Assembly (NCBI GenBank): GCA_018062965.1 | Contig: JAGORG010000001.1 | Location: forward strand, 71,488 to 135,487 | DNA length: 64,000 nt | Origin: Minisyncoccota bacterium | GTDB lineage: Bacteria > Patescibacteriota > Minisyncoccia > Phycocordibacterales > UBA5272 | Direction of reading: 5' to 3' | Shown here: piece after piece, positions 1-9,469 of the stretch | How the letters are laid out: each line of letters starts with the position of its first letter | Numbering within the stretch: the stretch's first letter is position 1 | Notes under the pieces: model-generated | What the model was told of the DNA's origin: nothing | The model's database searches: none | Seen by the model: only the letters and a program-made list of their open reading frames with translations | Translations under genes and position numbers: made by a program

Positions 1-673
1 CTGAAGTACTGTCTGGGTCGCCTACACAAAAACGACTATAAAAATAAGCCTTACGAGCCTCAAACTCCACAGCGTCAAATGGTCTTCCTCCTGCTATTAC
101 ATCTTCCGTAGCTAGTTTTGTTAAGTAATCTTCGGCACATACTCTTTGTTGAATGGTTGCTGGTAGTGATGAACGAACAAAACCTTTTACTTTTGTCGAA
201 GTGTCTGAGTATGTGTACCGAGTGTTAAGAAGTAGGTTTTTGTAAATACTCTCACTGTAAATACTTTTTTGGGCAGCAACGTCTCCAATCCAAGATTGGA
301 CAGGGCCAAGTGTTTTATTTTTAAAGTACTGCTCCGGGTTTCGCACTAAGAGCGGATCAAGCCCCGTTGCTCCAAGGACTAGATTTTTTATGTTGTCCCC
401 TGATTTTAGTATGGAGATAATAGTGAGCGCATCTCGCATTGGTATAAGAACAGTGTTGTTCACTGTTTCAATCGTTTGTTGAGCCGCAGTAATAGTTGTT
501 TGGGATGCTGTTATGGTGTCTTTTCCATACTGAAGACCCTGTCGTACGTAATCGATTAGCTGCTGTGCAATCGTCGAACAGTTAACACAGAAAGTAGTTA
601 AAGCATAAACATTGCTCGTACTTGATGTGTAAATGATACAAGTTAGAAATAGAGAAATAAATAGTTTTTTCAT
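1..673 (-). CDS. Secreted hypothetical protein, N-terminal signal peptide, 5' partial (continues beyond window start). Weak resemblance to VirB5/TrbJ-like N-terminal regions.
   Basis: Minus-strand ATG at 671-673, 9 nt downstream of the stop of the 682..1608 gene. Translated by eye: MKKLFISLFLTCIIYTSSTSNVYA... (hydrophobic signal-like N-terminus), then a Q/T-rich region. Open to the window edge, which is why it is absent from the ORF track. Confidence 0.45.
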   Translation of the reverse strand, partial: MKKLFISLFLTCIIYTSSTSNVYALTTFCVNCSTIAQQLIDYVRQGLQYGKDTITASQTTITAAQQTIETVNNTVLIPMRDALTIISILKSGDNIKNLVLGATGLDPLLVRNPEQYFKNKTLGPVQSWIGDVAAQKSIYSESIYKNLLLNTRYTYSDTSTKVKGFVRSSLPATIQQRVCAEDYLTKLATEDVIAGGRPFDAVEFEARKAYFYSRFCVGDPDSTS

Positions 674-681
674 GGTGTTCA

Positions 682-1608
682 TTATTTAAGAGTATACCCC
701 ACAGTAAAGACATACCCAGGTTCTTGTGAAGAAAATACGACACCTTGAACGTCAAAATACCCCGCAAGGTTATCATAGATGCGAAGTGTTTGAACCGTTG
801 TGTCTGGATATGAACCAACAGAAATACTTGCGCGAAGTGGATCAGATGCTGCTTTGGATAAGTTTGATACGAGATCTCTGTATTCTGCGACGCGATTAAC
901 AGCGCTTAGGTGGTATGTTGCTGCAGATAAAGGTATCGGAAGGGTGAGAAGTTTTTTTAAGCCTGCATCTATCTTTACTAACTCTTTTTCAATAAGGGTA
1001 ATATCCTCAGGGTCGTTTGTCTCTGTAAATGCTTGCATGCCAAAAGAAATATTAACAAGAGACGCTTCGTTGATAATGGTATCCAGGATAGGAGCAACAG
1101 CATTGCCGTACTTTTTCATAGCAGCTTTTGTTTCTGGTTCTGTCGTAACGATATCCTTTAGACCGTATATTGTAGGTTGCAGCTTTATCGCCTCCTCTTC
1201 TATAAGGCGGTTAATAACTTCTTGCTCAGCTTGGGCATTGTTAAGATTGTTTTTTGCTAGGTAACTTGATGTTACATAGAGGTTTTGTGAAAATGATGCT
1301 GTTAGGTTGTTTGGATCATTTAAATCTGCGATAACTTTTGGATCCGGTGTCCCCTGTGGAAGCGTTTCATCCCCTGCATTTGCGAGAACAAACTCCTTCC
1401 AGCTTATGGTTCCGTCTGTATCTGTATCAGGTATAACGTCGCGAAGAGTTGCTTCTGTAAGATTTATTTTTGTATAGCTTGGTTGAAATGGTTGTATGCC
1501 AAACCATGATGCTGGTAAAAAACCAACAAGAAGTGTTAGGCCGATAACAGAAAAAAGTATAAAGAGTTGCCTATGTTTGAAGTTTGAAGCCTGAGGTGTG
1601 GTTTCCAT
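682..1608 (-). CDS. Membrane-anchored hypothetical protein (N-terminal TM) with an EF-hand/dockerin-like DxDxDG motif
   Basis: N-terminus LFILFSVIGLTLLVGFL is a TM segment. Motif DTDTDGTISWKEF matches a Ca-binding DxDxDG loop. Co-oriented and tightly spaced with ksgA upstream. Confidence 0.6.
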   Translation of the reverse strand: METTPQASNFKHRQLFILFSVIGLTLLVGFLPASWFGIQPFQPSYTKINLTEATLRDVIPDTDTDGTISWKEFVLANAGDETLPQGTPDPKVIADLNDPNNLTASFSQNLYVTSSYLAKNNLNNAQAEQEVINRLIEEEAIKLQPTIYGLKDIVTTEPETKAAMKKYGNAVAPILDTIINEASLVNISFGMQAFTETNDPEDITLIEKELVKIDAGLKKLLTLPIPLSAATYHLSAVNRVAEYRDLVSNLSKAASDPLRASISVGSYPDTTVQTLRIYDNLAGYFDVQGVVFSSQEPGYVFTVGYTLK

Positions 1609-1659
1609 ACTATAAAGTATACGACACTACACACACTTTCTTTGGTATGTAGTTCACAG

Positions 1660-2448
1660 CTAGCAAAGTCTTTTAGATATCTGTACCCAGGTGGTGATAT
1701 CGATGTTCTCAGCTCGTTCCTTTGGGTGTATTCCAAGTTCTTCAAATAGCGCAATAATATCAATATGTAAGAAAACCTGCTTGAGATTTGAAGCTAGTAG
1801 TTTTCGTTTGTGGGCAAAACCAGCATGAATAACCTTGAAAAACATAGATTCGTGATACGTGTTATCAAAACGATGTTTAGAAATGTTGCTAATCTGTAGA
1901 ACCGCCGAGTCGACGTTTGGAATGGGGTTAAAACTTCCTCGAGAAACACGATATACAACTTTTGGCTCTCCGTATGCTTGTATGGAAAGCGACAGAAGAG
2001 ATTCTTTTCCGTCTTTTGCACATGCACGCTCAGCAACTTCTTTTTGGATGAGTACAACCATGCACGATGGTGATGCAACTTCTGCAAGGAATCGAGAAAT
2101 AATAGCCCCGGTTATATAGTATGGAATATTAGCTATGAGCTTGTACTTACCGGCCTGCAGGTTGTGTGCTTGAGGGTTAAAGGTTAAAACATCTCCTTCG
2201 ATAAGTGTTAGTCGCCCCTTCTCTAGCTCGCTGTTAAATGTCTCAGATAGCACAGGGATCAAATCACTATCTTTTTCAAGAGCAACAACATGTGCGCCCG
2301 TATCTAGAAGTGCACGTGTCAAAAACCCTTTCCCTGGACCAACCTCAAGAACGGTATCTGTGGGTGTTACATTTCCAGCTTGCACAATAGCCATTCGCGC
2401 AGGAATAGATGTGAGAAAATTTTGTCCAAGAGATTTTTTTGGTTTCAT
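1660..2448 (-). CDS. rsmA: 16S rRNA (adenine1518/1519-N6)-dimethyltransferase RsmA/KsgA
   Basis: N-terminus KKSLGQNFL...VLEVGPGKGFLT is the canonical KsgA SAM-binding signature. Length 262 aa. Confidence 0.92.
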   Translation of the reverse strand: MKPKKSLGQNFLTSIPARMAIVQAGNVTPTDTVLEVGPGKGFLTRALLDTGAHVVALEKDSDLIPVLSETFNSELEKGRLTLIEGDVLTFNPQAHNLQAGKYKLIANIPYYITGAIISRFLAEVASPSCMVVLIQKEVAERACAKDGKESLLSLSIQAYGEPKVVYRVSRGSFNPIPNVDSAVLQISNISKHRFDNTYHESMFFKVIHAGFAHKRKLLASNLKQVFLHIDIIALFEELGIHPKERAENIDITTWVQISKRLC

Positions 2449-2452
2449 GTGG

Positions 2453-4384
2453 TTAGATATAGACTATAGCACCTCCACCCTGTTTGTAGTACAGGTCATT
2501 ATGTTGTGCCACCTCCTCTGGTACATCTTCCAAGAATTCACTCGGTGCATTGATTTGCTTTTGACCAAAAATCGTTCGCAACTCCGCATAGCATAAATAC
2601 AAGTGTTTTCGTGCACGGGTTACTGCAACATAAAATAGTCTGCGCTCCTCTTCCTCTTCTTCGACGCTTCGTTTTCGGTTGCCAATGTTTTTATGGGGGA
2701 ATAAATCTTGCTCAAGTCCAACGATGAACACATGGTCAAATTCCAACCCTTTTGATGCGTGTACTGTCATAAGACGTACCCCGCCTTTGTCTTTTGTGTC
2801 ATTATCCTGATCTGATTGAAGTGCTGTTTCTTCAAGGAACTGGGTTAATACATCCATACCAACACTCTCGTCATATCGTACTGTAAGAGATACAAGTTCT
2901 CGTGCATTTTCCAATCGTTCCCTGTCTTCTGATGAACCTTCTAGCATTTCCTTTTCCATACCTGAGTCAACGATAATCATCTGCATAACATGAGATAACG
3001 GCTCAGTCGCCAATCTTTCCATAATGAGATCAAGAAACGAATACACTTTTTCTACTTTTGCAGTCGCTGCCGCTGGTATCTCCATGTTTGAAAATATCTT
3101 CGCAACAGTTGTCTTCCCTATCCCCTTTTTTGGCGTCTCAAAAACACGTTTCAGGTCTGGTTGAGATGAACGGTTTACCGCTGCGCGCAAGTAACTCATA
3201 ACATCTTTAACTTCTTTTCGTTCGAAGAACTTTGTGCCAAGGAGGTTGTACTGCACGTTTGCTCGGATGAATGATTCTTCGAGTGCTCGAGACTGGAAGT
3301 TTGCTCGATACAGAACGGCGATTTCTTCAGATGCTACGCCTTCTCCTATAAGTGTCTTACACTTCTCCGCAACCCATTCAGCCTCAGAGAGTTCATCCCA
3401 TGTGGGAACGATGTCGATAAGATCACCCTCTCCTTGAGAGGTGAAAAGATTTTTTTCTTTACGTACTGTATTTTTTTTAATTGATGTGTTTGCAAGAGTG
3501 AGAATATTTCCAGTTGATCTATAGTTTTCTTCAAGTAACACTGTATGTGTTCCAGGGAAGTCATGTTCAAAGTTCATGATATTACGTACGTTTGCTCCAC
3601 GCCAACTATAAATATTTTGATCTGTATCCCCCACTGCGCAAATATTATTGTGGTGAGGATTCACAAGTAATTTTACAAATTCATATTGTGCTCTGTTGGT
3701 ATCTTGATATTCGTCGACGTGCACATACGCAAATCGTTTCTGATACGCCGCACGCACGTCTTCGTGATTCTCAAGCATGGTCACCGTTCTACAAATAAGG
3801 TCGTCAAAATCAACAGCCTTTTGTTGCTTAAGTTCTTCTTCGTAGAGTCTCCATACATTTGCAACTACGTCCATCTGTGCACTGACCACTTTTTCTCTAT
3901 ATGTTGCTACACTCACAAAGTCACTTTTCTCGCGACTGATAATCGAGCGTATTTTTGACGGATCATGCATCTTTGGGTCTATGCCAAGTTTTTCTACTGC
4001 GTTTTTGATAATAGACAGTGAGTCACTTGAGTCAAGAATAGTTGGGTGTTTATGTAACCCAAGACGGTCGCCATATTCTGAGAGAATCATCAGTCCAAGT
4101 GAGTGAAATGTTTTGATAACAGGTGTGTGACGGTATGGGTTTTCTGTTTCTATAACACGCTCCTCTTCTAGACGGTGAACGATACGTTCGCGCATTTCTT
4201 TTGCAGCTTTGTTGGTGAATGTAACTGCGAGTATTGCACGTGGATCCGTACCTTGTTTTACGATGTGCACGATACGTTCTGTTATCGTTTTTGTTTTACC
4301 AGCTCCAGCTCCAGCCAAAATAAGAAGCGGCCCTTCTGTATGAAGAACAGCTTCTTGTTGGCGAGCGTTAAGCAAAACCGTCAT
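2453..4384 (-). CDS. uvrD: ATP-dependent DNA helicase, UvrD/PcrA/Rep family
   Basis: LNARQQEAV...LILAGAGAGKTKTITERI Walker A at the N-terminus. Superfamily 1 helicase motifs present (DEYQDTN, VGDTDQNIYSWRGA, TVHASKGLEFDHVF). Confidence 0.92.
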   Translation of the reverse strand: MTVLLNARQQEAVLHTEGPLLILAGAGAGKTKTITERIVHIVKQGTDPRAILAVTFTNKAAKEMRERIVHRLEEERVIETENPYRHTPVIKTFHSLGLMILSEYGDRLGLHKHPTILDSSDSLSIIKNAVEKLGIDPKMHDPSKIRSIISREKSDFVSVATYREKVVSAQMDVVANVWRLYEEELKQQKAVDFDDLICRTVTMLENHEDVRAAYQKRFAYVHVDEYQDTNRAQYEFVKLLVNPHHNNICAVGDTDQNIYSWRGANVRNIMNFEHDFPGTHTVLLEENYRSTGNILTLANTSIKKNTVRKEKNLFTSQGEGDLIDIVPTWDELSEAEWVAEKCKTLIGEGVASEEIAVLYRANFQSRALEESFIRANVQYNLLGTKFFERKEVKDVMSYLRAAVNRSSQPDLKRVFETPKKGIGKTTVAKIFSNMEIPAAATAKVEKVYSFLDLIMERLATEPLSHVMQMIIVDSGMEKEMLEGSSEDRERLENARELVSLTVRYDESVGMDVLTQFLEETALQSDQDNDTKDKGGVRLMTVHASKGLEFDHVFIVGLEQDLFPHKNIGNRKRSVEEEEEERRLFYVAVTRARKHLYLCYAELRTIFGQKQINAPSEFLEDVPEEVAQHNDLYYKQGGGAIVYI

Positions 4385-4415
4385 AGTAGAGTCAGTCTAC
4401 CACGGCCATATTTTT

Positions 4416-4718
4416 TTATTCAGATGAGGCGGCTCCTTCTTTAAAAGCATTGATAATCCTCTCGCGTGCAGCTATAAACACTTCCTCATAATTCGGCAAG
4501 AGGTGTTTGAGCGATGTTTCGTAGAACTCATTTCCCATTGCAACAGAGGCTTCAAGTGCTTGGAACTTCTCGTCCCCTAGTATGTGTAGTACGTCCAGTA
4601 GAAATTCTTTGTGAACACTTTTTGCAAGGCTCATCAAAATAGCGTCCCGGTCTTCTTTTGCTAAACCTCCTAGGTTTAGTTCTTGTATGAGGTCGTTGTA
4701 GATTACTTCAGGGTTCAT
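4416..4718 (-). CDS. Hypothetical small protein
   Basis: 100-aa ORF, compact spacing between uvrD and the large gene upstream. No recognisable motif. Confidence 0.5.
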   Translation of the reverse strand: MNPEVIYNDLIQELNLGGLAKEDRDAILMSLAKSVHKEFLLDVLHILGDEKFQALEASVAMGNEFYETSLKHLLPNYEEVFIAARERIINAFKEGAASSE

Positions 4719-4726
4719 AGTGTTTA

Positions 4727-7700
4727 TTATACTTGGTATGGGCTATCTTTCTTTTGTAGTTGCGAAGTAATTGCTGCCTGTACACGCTCAAAGTATTCTT
4801 TAAAAGATTCATCTTTCTTAGGTTCAACCTTTGGAAGTTCAGGTTGCACACCAAGCCCAACGCTGTCTTGTGCTTTGATAAGTGCTTTTATTGCACCACA
4901 AAGGTTGTTACGGAAGTCATACGGCACGTTGTCTACTTGAGCGTATGTCTCAGGAACCACAGCTCTTTCTGTGTCACAGTATGCTGCGTAAGGAACGTTT
5001 GCTTTCAAAGCGAGAGTGTTAAATATCGTGTCGTATGTTTGGGTATTTGTTGTAGTCTTATCTTGCGTCTTTGGGCCCATGATAAAAGGTTGTAAATATT
5101 CCTTACTGTTTGTGCGTCCAATCATGCGAGCGATATCTTTTTCTTTAGATTCGCTTACGTTTTGAAACCATTCAGGGTGATTCCACTGAGTTACTTTTGA
5201 AGGGTCTGCCGCTGTTTTTGTAGCTACTGGCGGTGTTGCTGCTGCAGAAACTTCCTTTTCTTGTTTATTTTTAAATCCAAAAACCCCTAGCATTACCGCT
5301 GCTGTTACTGCGACGGTTCCAATGGTTGTCCCAAGGACTCCCCACTTTTTGCGCACACCTTGTTCTATGTTGTTTGCCACTGCACCCGCTCGTTCTAGGT
5401 CTTTCTGAGAAGGTGGCTCTTGTCGCGGTGACTGGTTGCCGCCTGGTTGTTTGGTGTGGGTATATGTAAATGTAGGAGGAGCTTGTATGGCATTAATGTC
5501 TGGTTTTTGTAGATGTTCGTCTATAGCCTTGAAAACCTGTTCAGTTACAGCTGGTATTTCATCAATCAATTTTTGTGTACCAGAAAGAGTCTGTATGAAA
5601 CGTACAGATTTCACTCGCTTGTCATCATCAATCGCAAACGTCCCGTTGGCGCTTTCTCTAAAGAAATCTTCATATGTTTTTGCATATGAAACATAATCCT
5701 CCACGCGTCTATGTAATTGTTCAACAACATTAAGAAGATCACGCTTAATGATATTTGCGCGTATTATTTTAACCGCGTAGTGTGAGTGTGTTAATGACAG
5801 CTCTTGTAAATCTTTTTTCAATCTGTCCACCTCTTTCTGCGCCCATTCCTGAGTCTCGGCTAGTTTTTCGTATACAGCCTCAAAAGCACTCGGCATGCCA
5901 TCAGGTCCCATCTCAGGAGCTGCCTCAGGTTTTTTAGGCTCTTCTGCTTGCTTTTCTTGATTTTGTTGAGTGGTGAATGGTTCGGCTTCTTGTATTGCTT
6001 TTTCTAGTCGTTCCAGTTGGTAAGCGTCTCCAGCTGCACTATAACCACTAACTAAAGTCTCAATATTATTTCTGTCTTCTTTAGATTTAGTTGTTGTCTT
6101 GCCACTTAGTATTTTTGCAAGGGTTACTATATTCCCTTCGAGTTCGGTTTCTACACGTATGCCAGGAATATAGTTTTCATTTCCATCAAGTTCTAGTATT
6201 TTCTTGTATGCTTGCAAGAGTTTCTTGGTGCTTTCGATTTGTTCAACGCTTACAGCTAAGTTGCCATTTTTTTCTCGCATCTGGTCGATAAGTCCGCTTG
6301 CGATATATTTACTGTCCCATTCAACATACAGTTCATAAAGAGCTTTTCTGTCTTTTCTGTTTTCGTTAAAAATTTTAATAAGCTCCCCTACTGGTGGGTT
6401 AGAGAAAAACTCCTTTTTGTTATCAGGATTTGCTTTCCATTCATTTGTTGCTTCTATTCCAGCGAGCGCTTCCTCAAGAGTTAAACGAAGACTATGAGCA
6501 CCATCTTTGCTCTTAAGATAAACACGAGTCATGTCTTTGTCTTGAGAAATCGACTCAATAATCCAGTTGTGAGGTGCAGTTTTTGTTTTGTTAAGCAAGC
6601 TAATAGTGTCTCCCACCTTCAGCCCTTGCTTGTCTTCCTTCTGTTCCTGTGCAGGTTTTTCTTCTGCCTTAGGTTCTTTTTTTGGTTCAGTTACTGTCTT
6701 CTGTTCCTCTTCAGCACGTAAAGCATTTTTGTAGTAAAGATTTGTCTTGAGGATTTCTCGGAGGCTATCTATTGATAGGTTTTGTTCTTCTTTTTCACCA
6801 CCGTCTTTTTCGCGTTCAATAAAAGCAACACCGTTTTCTATTTTTGAAACAGTCCACTTTGCTATTTCAAGACTTTCTTTGTCTTGCAGTGTTATGACTT
6901 GCCCAGGTTTAATAACTCCAATATCTGGAAGGTCTTCAGCTGTTTCTGGTCTTTGTATATGTTCAGTTGGCTTGATAAAGTTACCCTTTCCTAAGTTTTG
7001 TTTCTTTCTCCACTGCGCACGAAGAATGGTGCGAGTATTTTGCTGTGGCTCTTCTTGTACAACTTCTACCTCTGCTGTTTTTGGAGATAGTGCATTTTCG
7101 TAGTACGCATTTAACCGCATGATATCTTTGATGTTTCCTGCCCCGTATGTGCGTACCTCCTCTTTTCCGTTAATTATTCGCTTCAAATGTACTCTACCGT
7201 TTTCAAGACTCTCTATTGTCCAGGTATCAACTTCCCCGGTATCAGCATTTTGAAGCAAAACCTCTTGACCAGGTTCCATATCTGGAAGATATGGTAAATC
7301 TTTTCTCGACTCTGGTCGTAGGATGTGCTCGCTTTTTTTATAAAACCCTTGTTCGTTTAGGTCTGGGTTGGTTGGGGTTTGTATAACCCCCAAATCCCCA
7401 CCCTCAGCTTTTGTTTTTTCTATTGCATCAACAAGAGCGCCTCCAAGCGAAGTGTCTGGGGTTGTTGCTGTATCTTTTGTATTTTTTTCAGCAGGTGAAG
7501 TATTTGACGTATGAACTTGAACAGGGGTAATTTGTGTCAGTTCGTTTTCTAGCGCAGAAACAAAGTCAGCCTTAGCTTCTTTGACTGTATCCGTTTCTTC
7601 ACTTTCCCCCTCTTCTACTATTTTTGATAAGCTCTTCGTTACCATAGTTTCAATGTCTGGACGCTTTATCTCTTTACCAACAAACAAAGAGTCGGTACGT

Positions 7701-8188
7701 TTACCGGAATAAATTTCTCGCTGTGTAGCCATTCTATCTGCTTCGGCACTTTTGGTCCTATCAAGTGCTCTTTGTAGATTCGCCACTTGTTTTTTAAAGT
7801 GTGTATCTAGATCGTTTTTTACAATCGTCGCGATTTGAGCATTTGGAGAGTCTGGGTCTTCTGTTATAACACTGTTTAATGCTTGGTGATATGTATCAAG
7901 TGCACTTTGTGCCCGCTCGCGTCTGTATTCCGGAGAAAGGTAGGTAAAGGTCCCCGGGGTTGGTCTAATTTTGACTCCATTTTTTGTGACTTCTTCAATT
8001 CTTTTTGCTTGAGCGATTCGTTCCTCTTTGGATGCTGGCATATCCACCATCTTGGGTGTCCCGTCAACAAAAGCCTCTTTGGGTACAGTGTCCCCACGTT
8101 TTTCTGCTGCTTTAGGTAGCGGAGGATTCATAGTTCTTGTAGCCCAGTATACGTTATTTTTCAAAGGAAATGCGAGGTTTCTCCACAT
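4727..8188 (-). CDS. Large hypothetical protein (1153 aa): E/K-rich low-complexity regions, three internal ~80-aa repeats, one TM segment near residue 930, and a Cys-containing C-terminal domain
   Basis: Repeats: ILRPESRKDLPYLPDMEPGQEVLLQNADTGEVDTWTIESLENGRVHLKRI..., IQRPETAEDLPDIGVIKPGQVITLQDKESLEIAKWTVSKIENGVAFIERE..., and KVGDTISLLNKTKTAPHNWIIESISQDKDMTRVYLKSK. TM segment WGVLGTTIGTVAVTAAVMLGVFGF. Confidence 0.7.
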   Translation of the reverse strand: MWRNLAFPLKNNVYWATRTMNPPLPKAAEKRGDTVPKEAFVDGTPKMVDMPASKEERIAQAKRIEEVTKNGVKIRPTPGTFTYLSPEYRRERAQSALDTYHQALNSVITEDPDSPNAQIATIVKNDLDTHFKKQVANLQRALDRTKSAEADRMATQREIYSGKRTDSLFVGKEIKRPDIETMVTKSLSKIVEEGESEETDTVKEAKADFVSALENELTQITPVQVHTSNTSPAEKNTKDTATTPDTSLGGALVDAIEKTKAEGGDLGVIQTPTNPDLNEQGFYKKSEHILRPESRKDLPYLPDMEPGQEVLLQNADTGEVDTWTIESLENGRVHLKRIINGKEEVRTYGAGNIKDIMRLNAYYENALSPKTAEVEVVQEEPQQNTRTILRAQWRKKQNLGKGNFIKPTEHIQRPETAEDLPDIGVIKPGQVITLQDKESLEIAKWTVSKIENGVAFIEREKDGGEKEEQNLSIDSLREILKTNLYYKNALRAEEEQKTVTEPKKEPKAEEKPAQEQKEDKQGLKVGDTISLLNKTKTAPHNWIIESISQDKDMTRVYLKSKDGAHSLRLTLEEALAGIEATNEWKANPDNKKEFFSNPPVGELIKIFNENRKDRKALYELYVEWDSKYIASGLIDQMREKNGNLAVSVEQIESTKKLLQAYKKILELDGNENYIPGIRVETELEGNIVTLAKILSGKTTTKSKEDRNNIETLVSGYSAAGDAYQLERLEKAIQEAEPFTTQQNQEKQAEEPKKPEAAPEMGPDGMPSAFEAVYEKLAETQEWAQKEVDRLKKDLQELSLTHSHYAVKIIRANIIKRDLLNVVEQLHRRVEDYVSYAKTYEDFFRESANGTFAIDDDKRVKSVRFIQTLSGTQKLIDEIPAVTEQVFKAIDEHLQKPDINAIQAPPTFTYTHTKQPGGNQSPRQEPPSQKDLERAGAVANNIEQGVRKKWGVLGTTIGTVAVTAAVMLGVFGFKNKQEKEVSAAATPPVATKTAADPSKVTQWNHPEWFQNVSESKEKDIARMIGRTNSKEYLQPFIMGPKTQDKTTTNTQTYDTIFNTLALKANVPYAAYCDTERAVVPETYAQVDNVPYDFRNNLCGAIKALIKAQDSVGLGVQPELPKVEPKKDESFKEYFERVQAAITSQLQKKDSPYQV

Positions 8189-8363
8189 GTGTACACATTT
8201 TTGTGGAGTGTGTACTTGTGGAAAAACCTAGCCCGGTATGCTAGGATAAGATAACACCAGAAAGATCTCTACCTAGCAAGGTAACATCTTGACGGGACTC
8301 TATACCGATTGTCCGATATGCCCCATATAGGGGCATTGCCCGCGCCCATGTCACAAGCCAAAA

Positions 8364-9416
8364 ATGGCTCCCCCTACTATAGTAGTAGCTAAACCCACAC
8401 AACCACTTGTATTTCATATCGTTGCCGTTGCTATCGCTTGTAGCTTTGGTATTGTTCCTGCTAGTCTAAACGCTAGTATTTTTTCAGATTTTGCCGCTCG
8501 TATTAGGTCAGCTATTTTGCCTGCACCAAAAGATATAGAAGAAGCCACCCCCACGATGTCGACAATGAATATCATGAAGCCAGTTGTTGTTGACGAAGAC
8601 GTAACACAAAGCGCCCTTGTTGATGCTTCCTCAAGTCAGGATGCTCTTCAGGTAACAACAGGTACGCTGCGTGTTTCCACCGAAGACATAGACTTTCCTT
8701 TGAATGATGAGATCAATGTGTATGAAGTAAAGAAAGGTGACACGCTTTCTGTTATCGCAAGTAAATATAAAGTTTCAAAAAACACTATTATTTGGGCAAA
8801 TGATTTGAAGTCAGAAAAGCTGACTCCCGGTACAACACTCATTATTTTGCCGATGACGGGTATCAAGCATACGATTAAAAAGGGAGATACAGTTGCAAGT
8901 CTTGCAAAGAAATACAAAGCAGACGTCGATGATATTGCAAAGTTTAACGGTATTGCAAAAGATGCAGAGCTCGCTATTGGAGACATAGTCCTTGTTCCAG
9001 ATGGTGAAATCGCAACAGTTGCTCCGCGTGTTGCGTCTACACCGTCACGTTCATACATAAAAACTGCTCCTGCCGGATTCTTTGTTCGTCCACTTGTTGG
9101 AGGAAGAAAGACACAAGGAATTCATGGAAACAATGGAGTCGATATCGCAGCCCCTCAAGGAACTTCAATCGTTGCTGCTGCAACCGGTCGTGTCATCAGC
9201 GCTCGTATTGGTGGATACAACGGTGGATACGGAAATATGGTTATTATTTCTCACGATAACGGTATCCAAACAATCTATGCCCACATGCGGGATGTGTATG
9301 CTGTAACGGGTCAAACAGTTACTCAGGGTCAGGTTATCGGTACTGTTGGAAATACAGGACGATCAACTGGACCACATCTTCACTTTGAAATTCGTGGAGC
9401 AGTGAATCCATTCTAA
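8364..9416 (+). CDS. Peptidoglycan hydrolase with two LysM domains and a C-terminal M23 peptidase domain (start may be at a downstream Met)
   Basis: LysM-like segments KKGDTLSVIASKYKVSKNTIIWAN and KKGDTVASLAKKYKADVDDIAKFN. M23 motifs HNGVDIAAPQGT...HMRDV...GNTGRSTGPHLHFEIR. Confidence 0.88.
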   Translation: MAPPTIVVAKPTQPLVFHIVAVAIACSFGIVPASLNASIFSDFAARIRSAILPAPKDIEEATPTMSTMNIMKPVVVDEDVTQSALVDASSSQDALQVTTGTLRVSTEDIDFPLNDEINVYEVKKGDTLSVIASKYKVSKNTIIWANDLKSEKLTPGTTLIILPMTGIKHTIKKGDTVASLAKKYKADVDDIAKFNGIAKDAELAIGDIVLVPDGEIATVAPRVASTPSRSYIKTAPAGFFVRPLVGGRKTQGIHGNNGVDIAAPQGTSIVAAATGRVISARIGGYNGGYGNMVIISHDNGIQTIYAHMRDVYAVTGQTVTQGQVIGTVGNTGRSTGPHLHFEIRGAVNPF

Positions 9417-9424
9417 TCTGGTTA

Positions 9425-9467
9425 AAAAGAAATCACGGGGGCCGTACGGCCCCCGTGATTTCTTTTC
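9425..9467. terminator. Bidirectional intrinsic terminator between convergent genes
   Basis: Perfect inverted repeat aaatcacgggggccg-tac-ggcccccgtgattt flanked by A and T runs. Confidence 0.7.
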
Positions 9468-9469
9468 GA

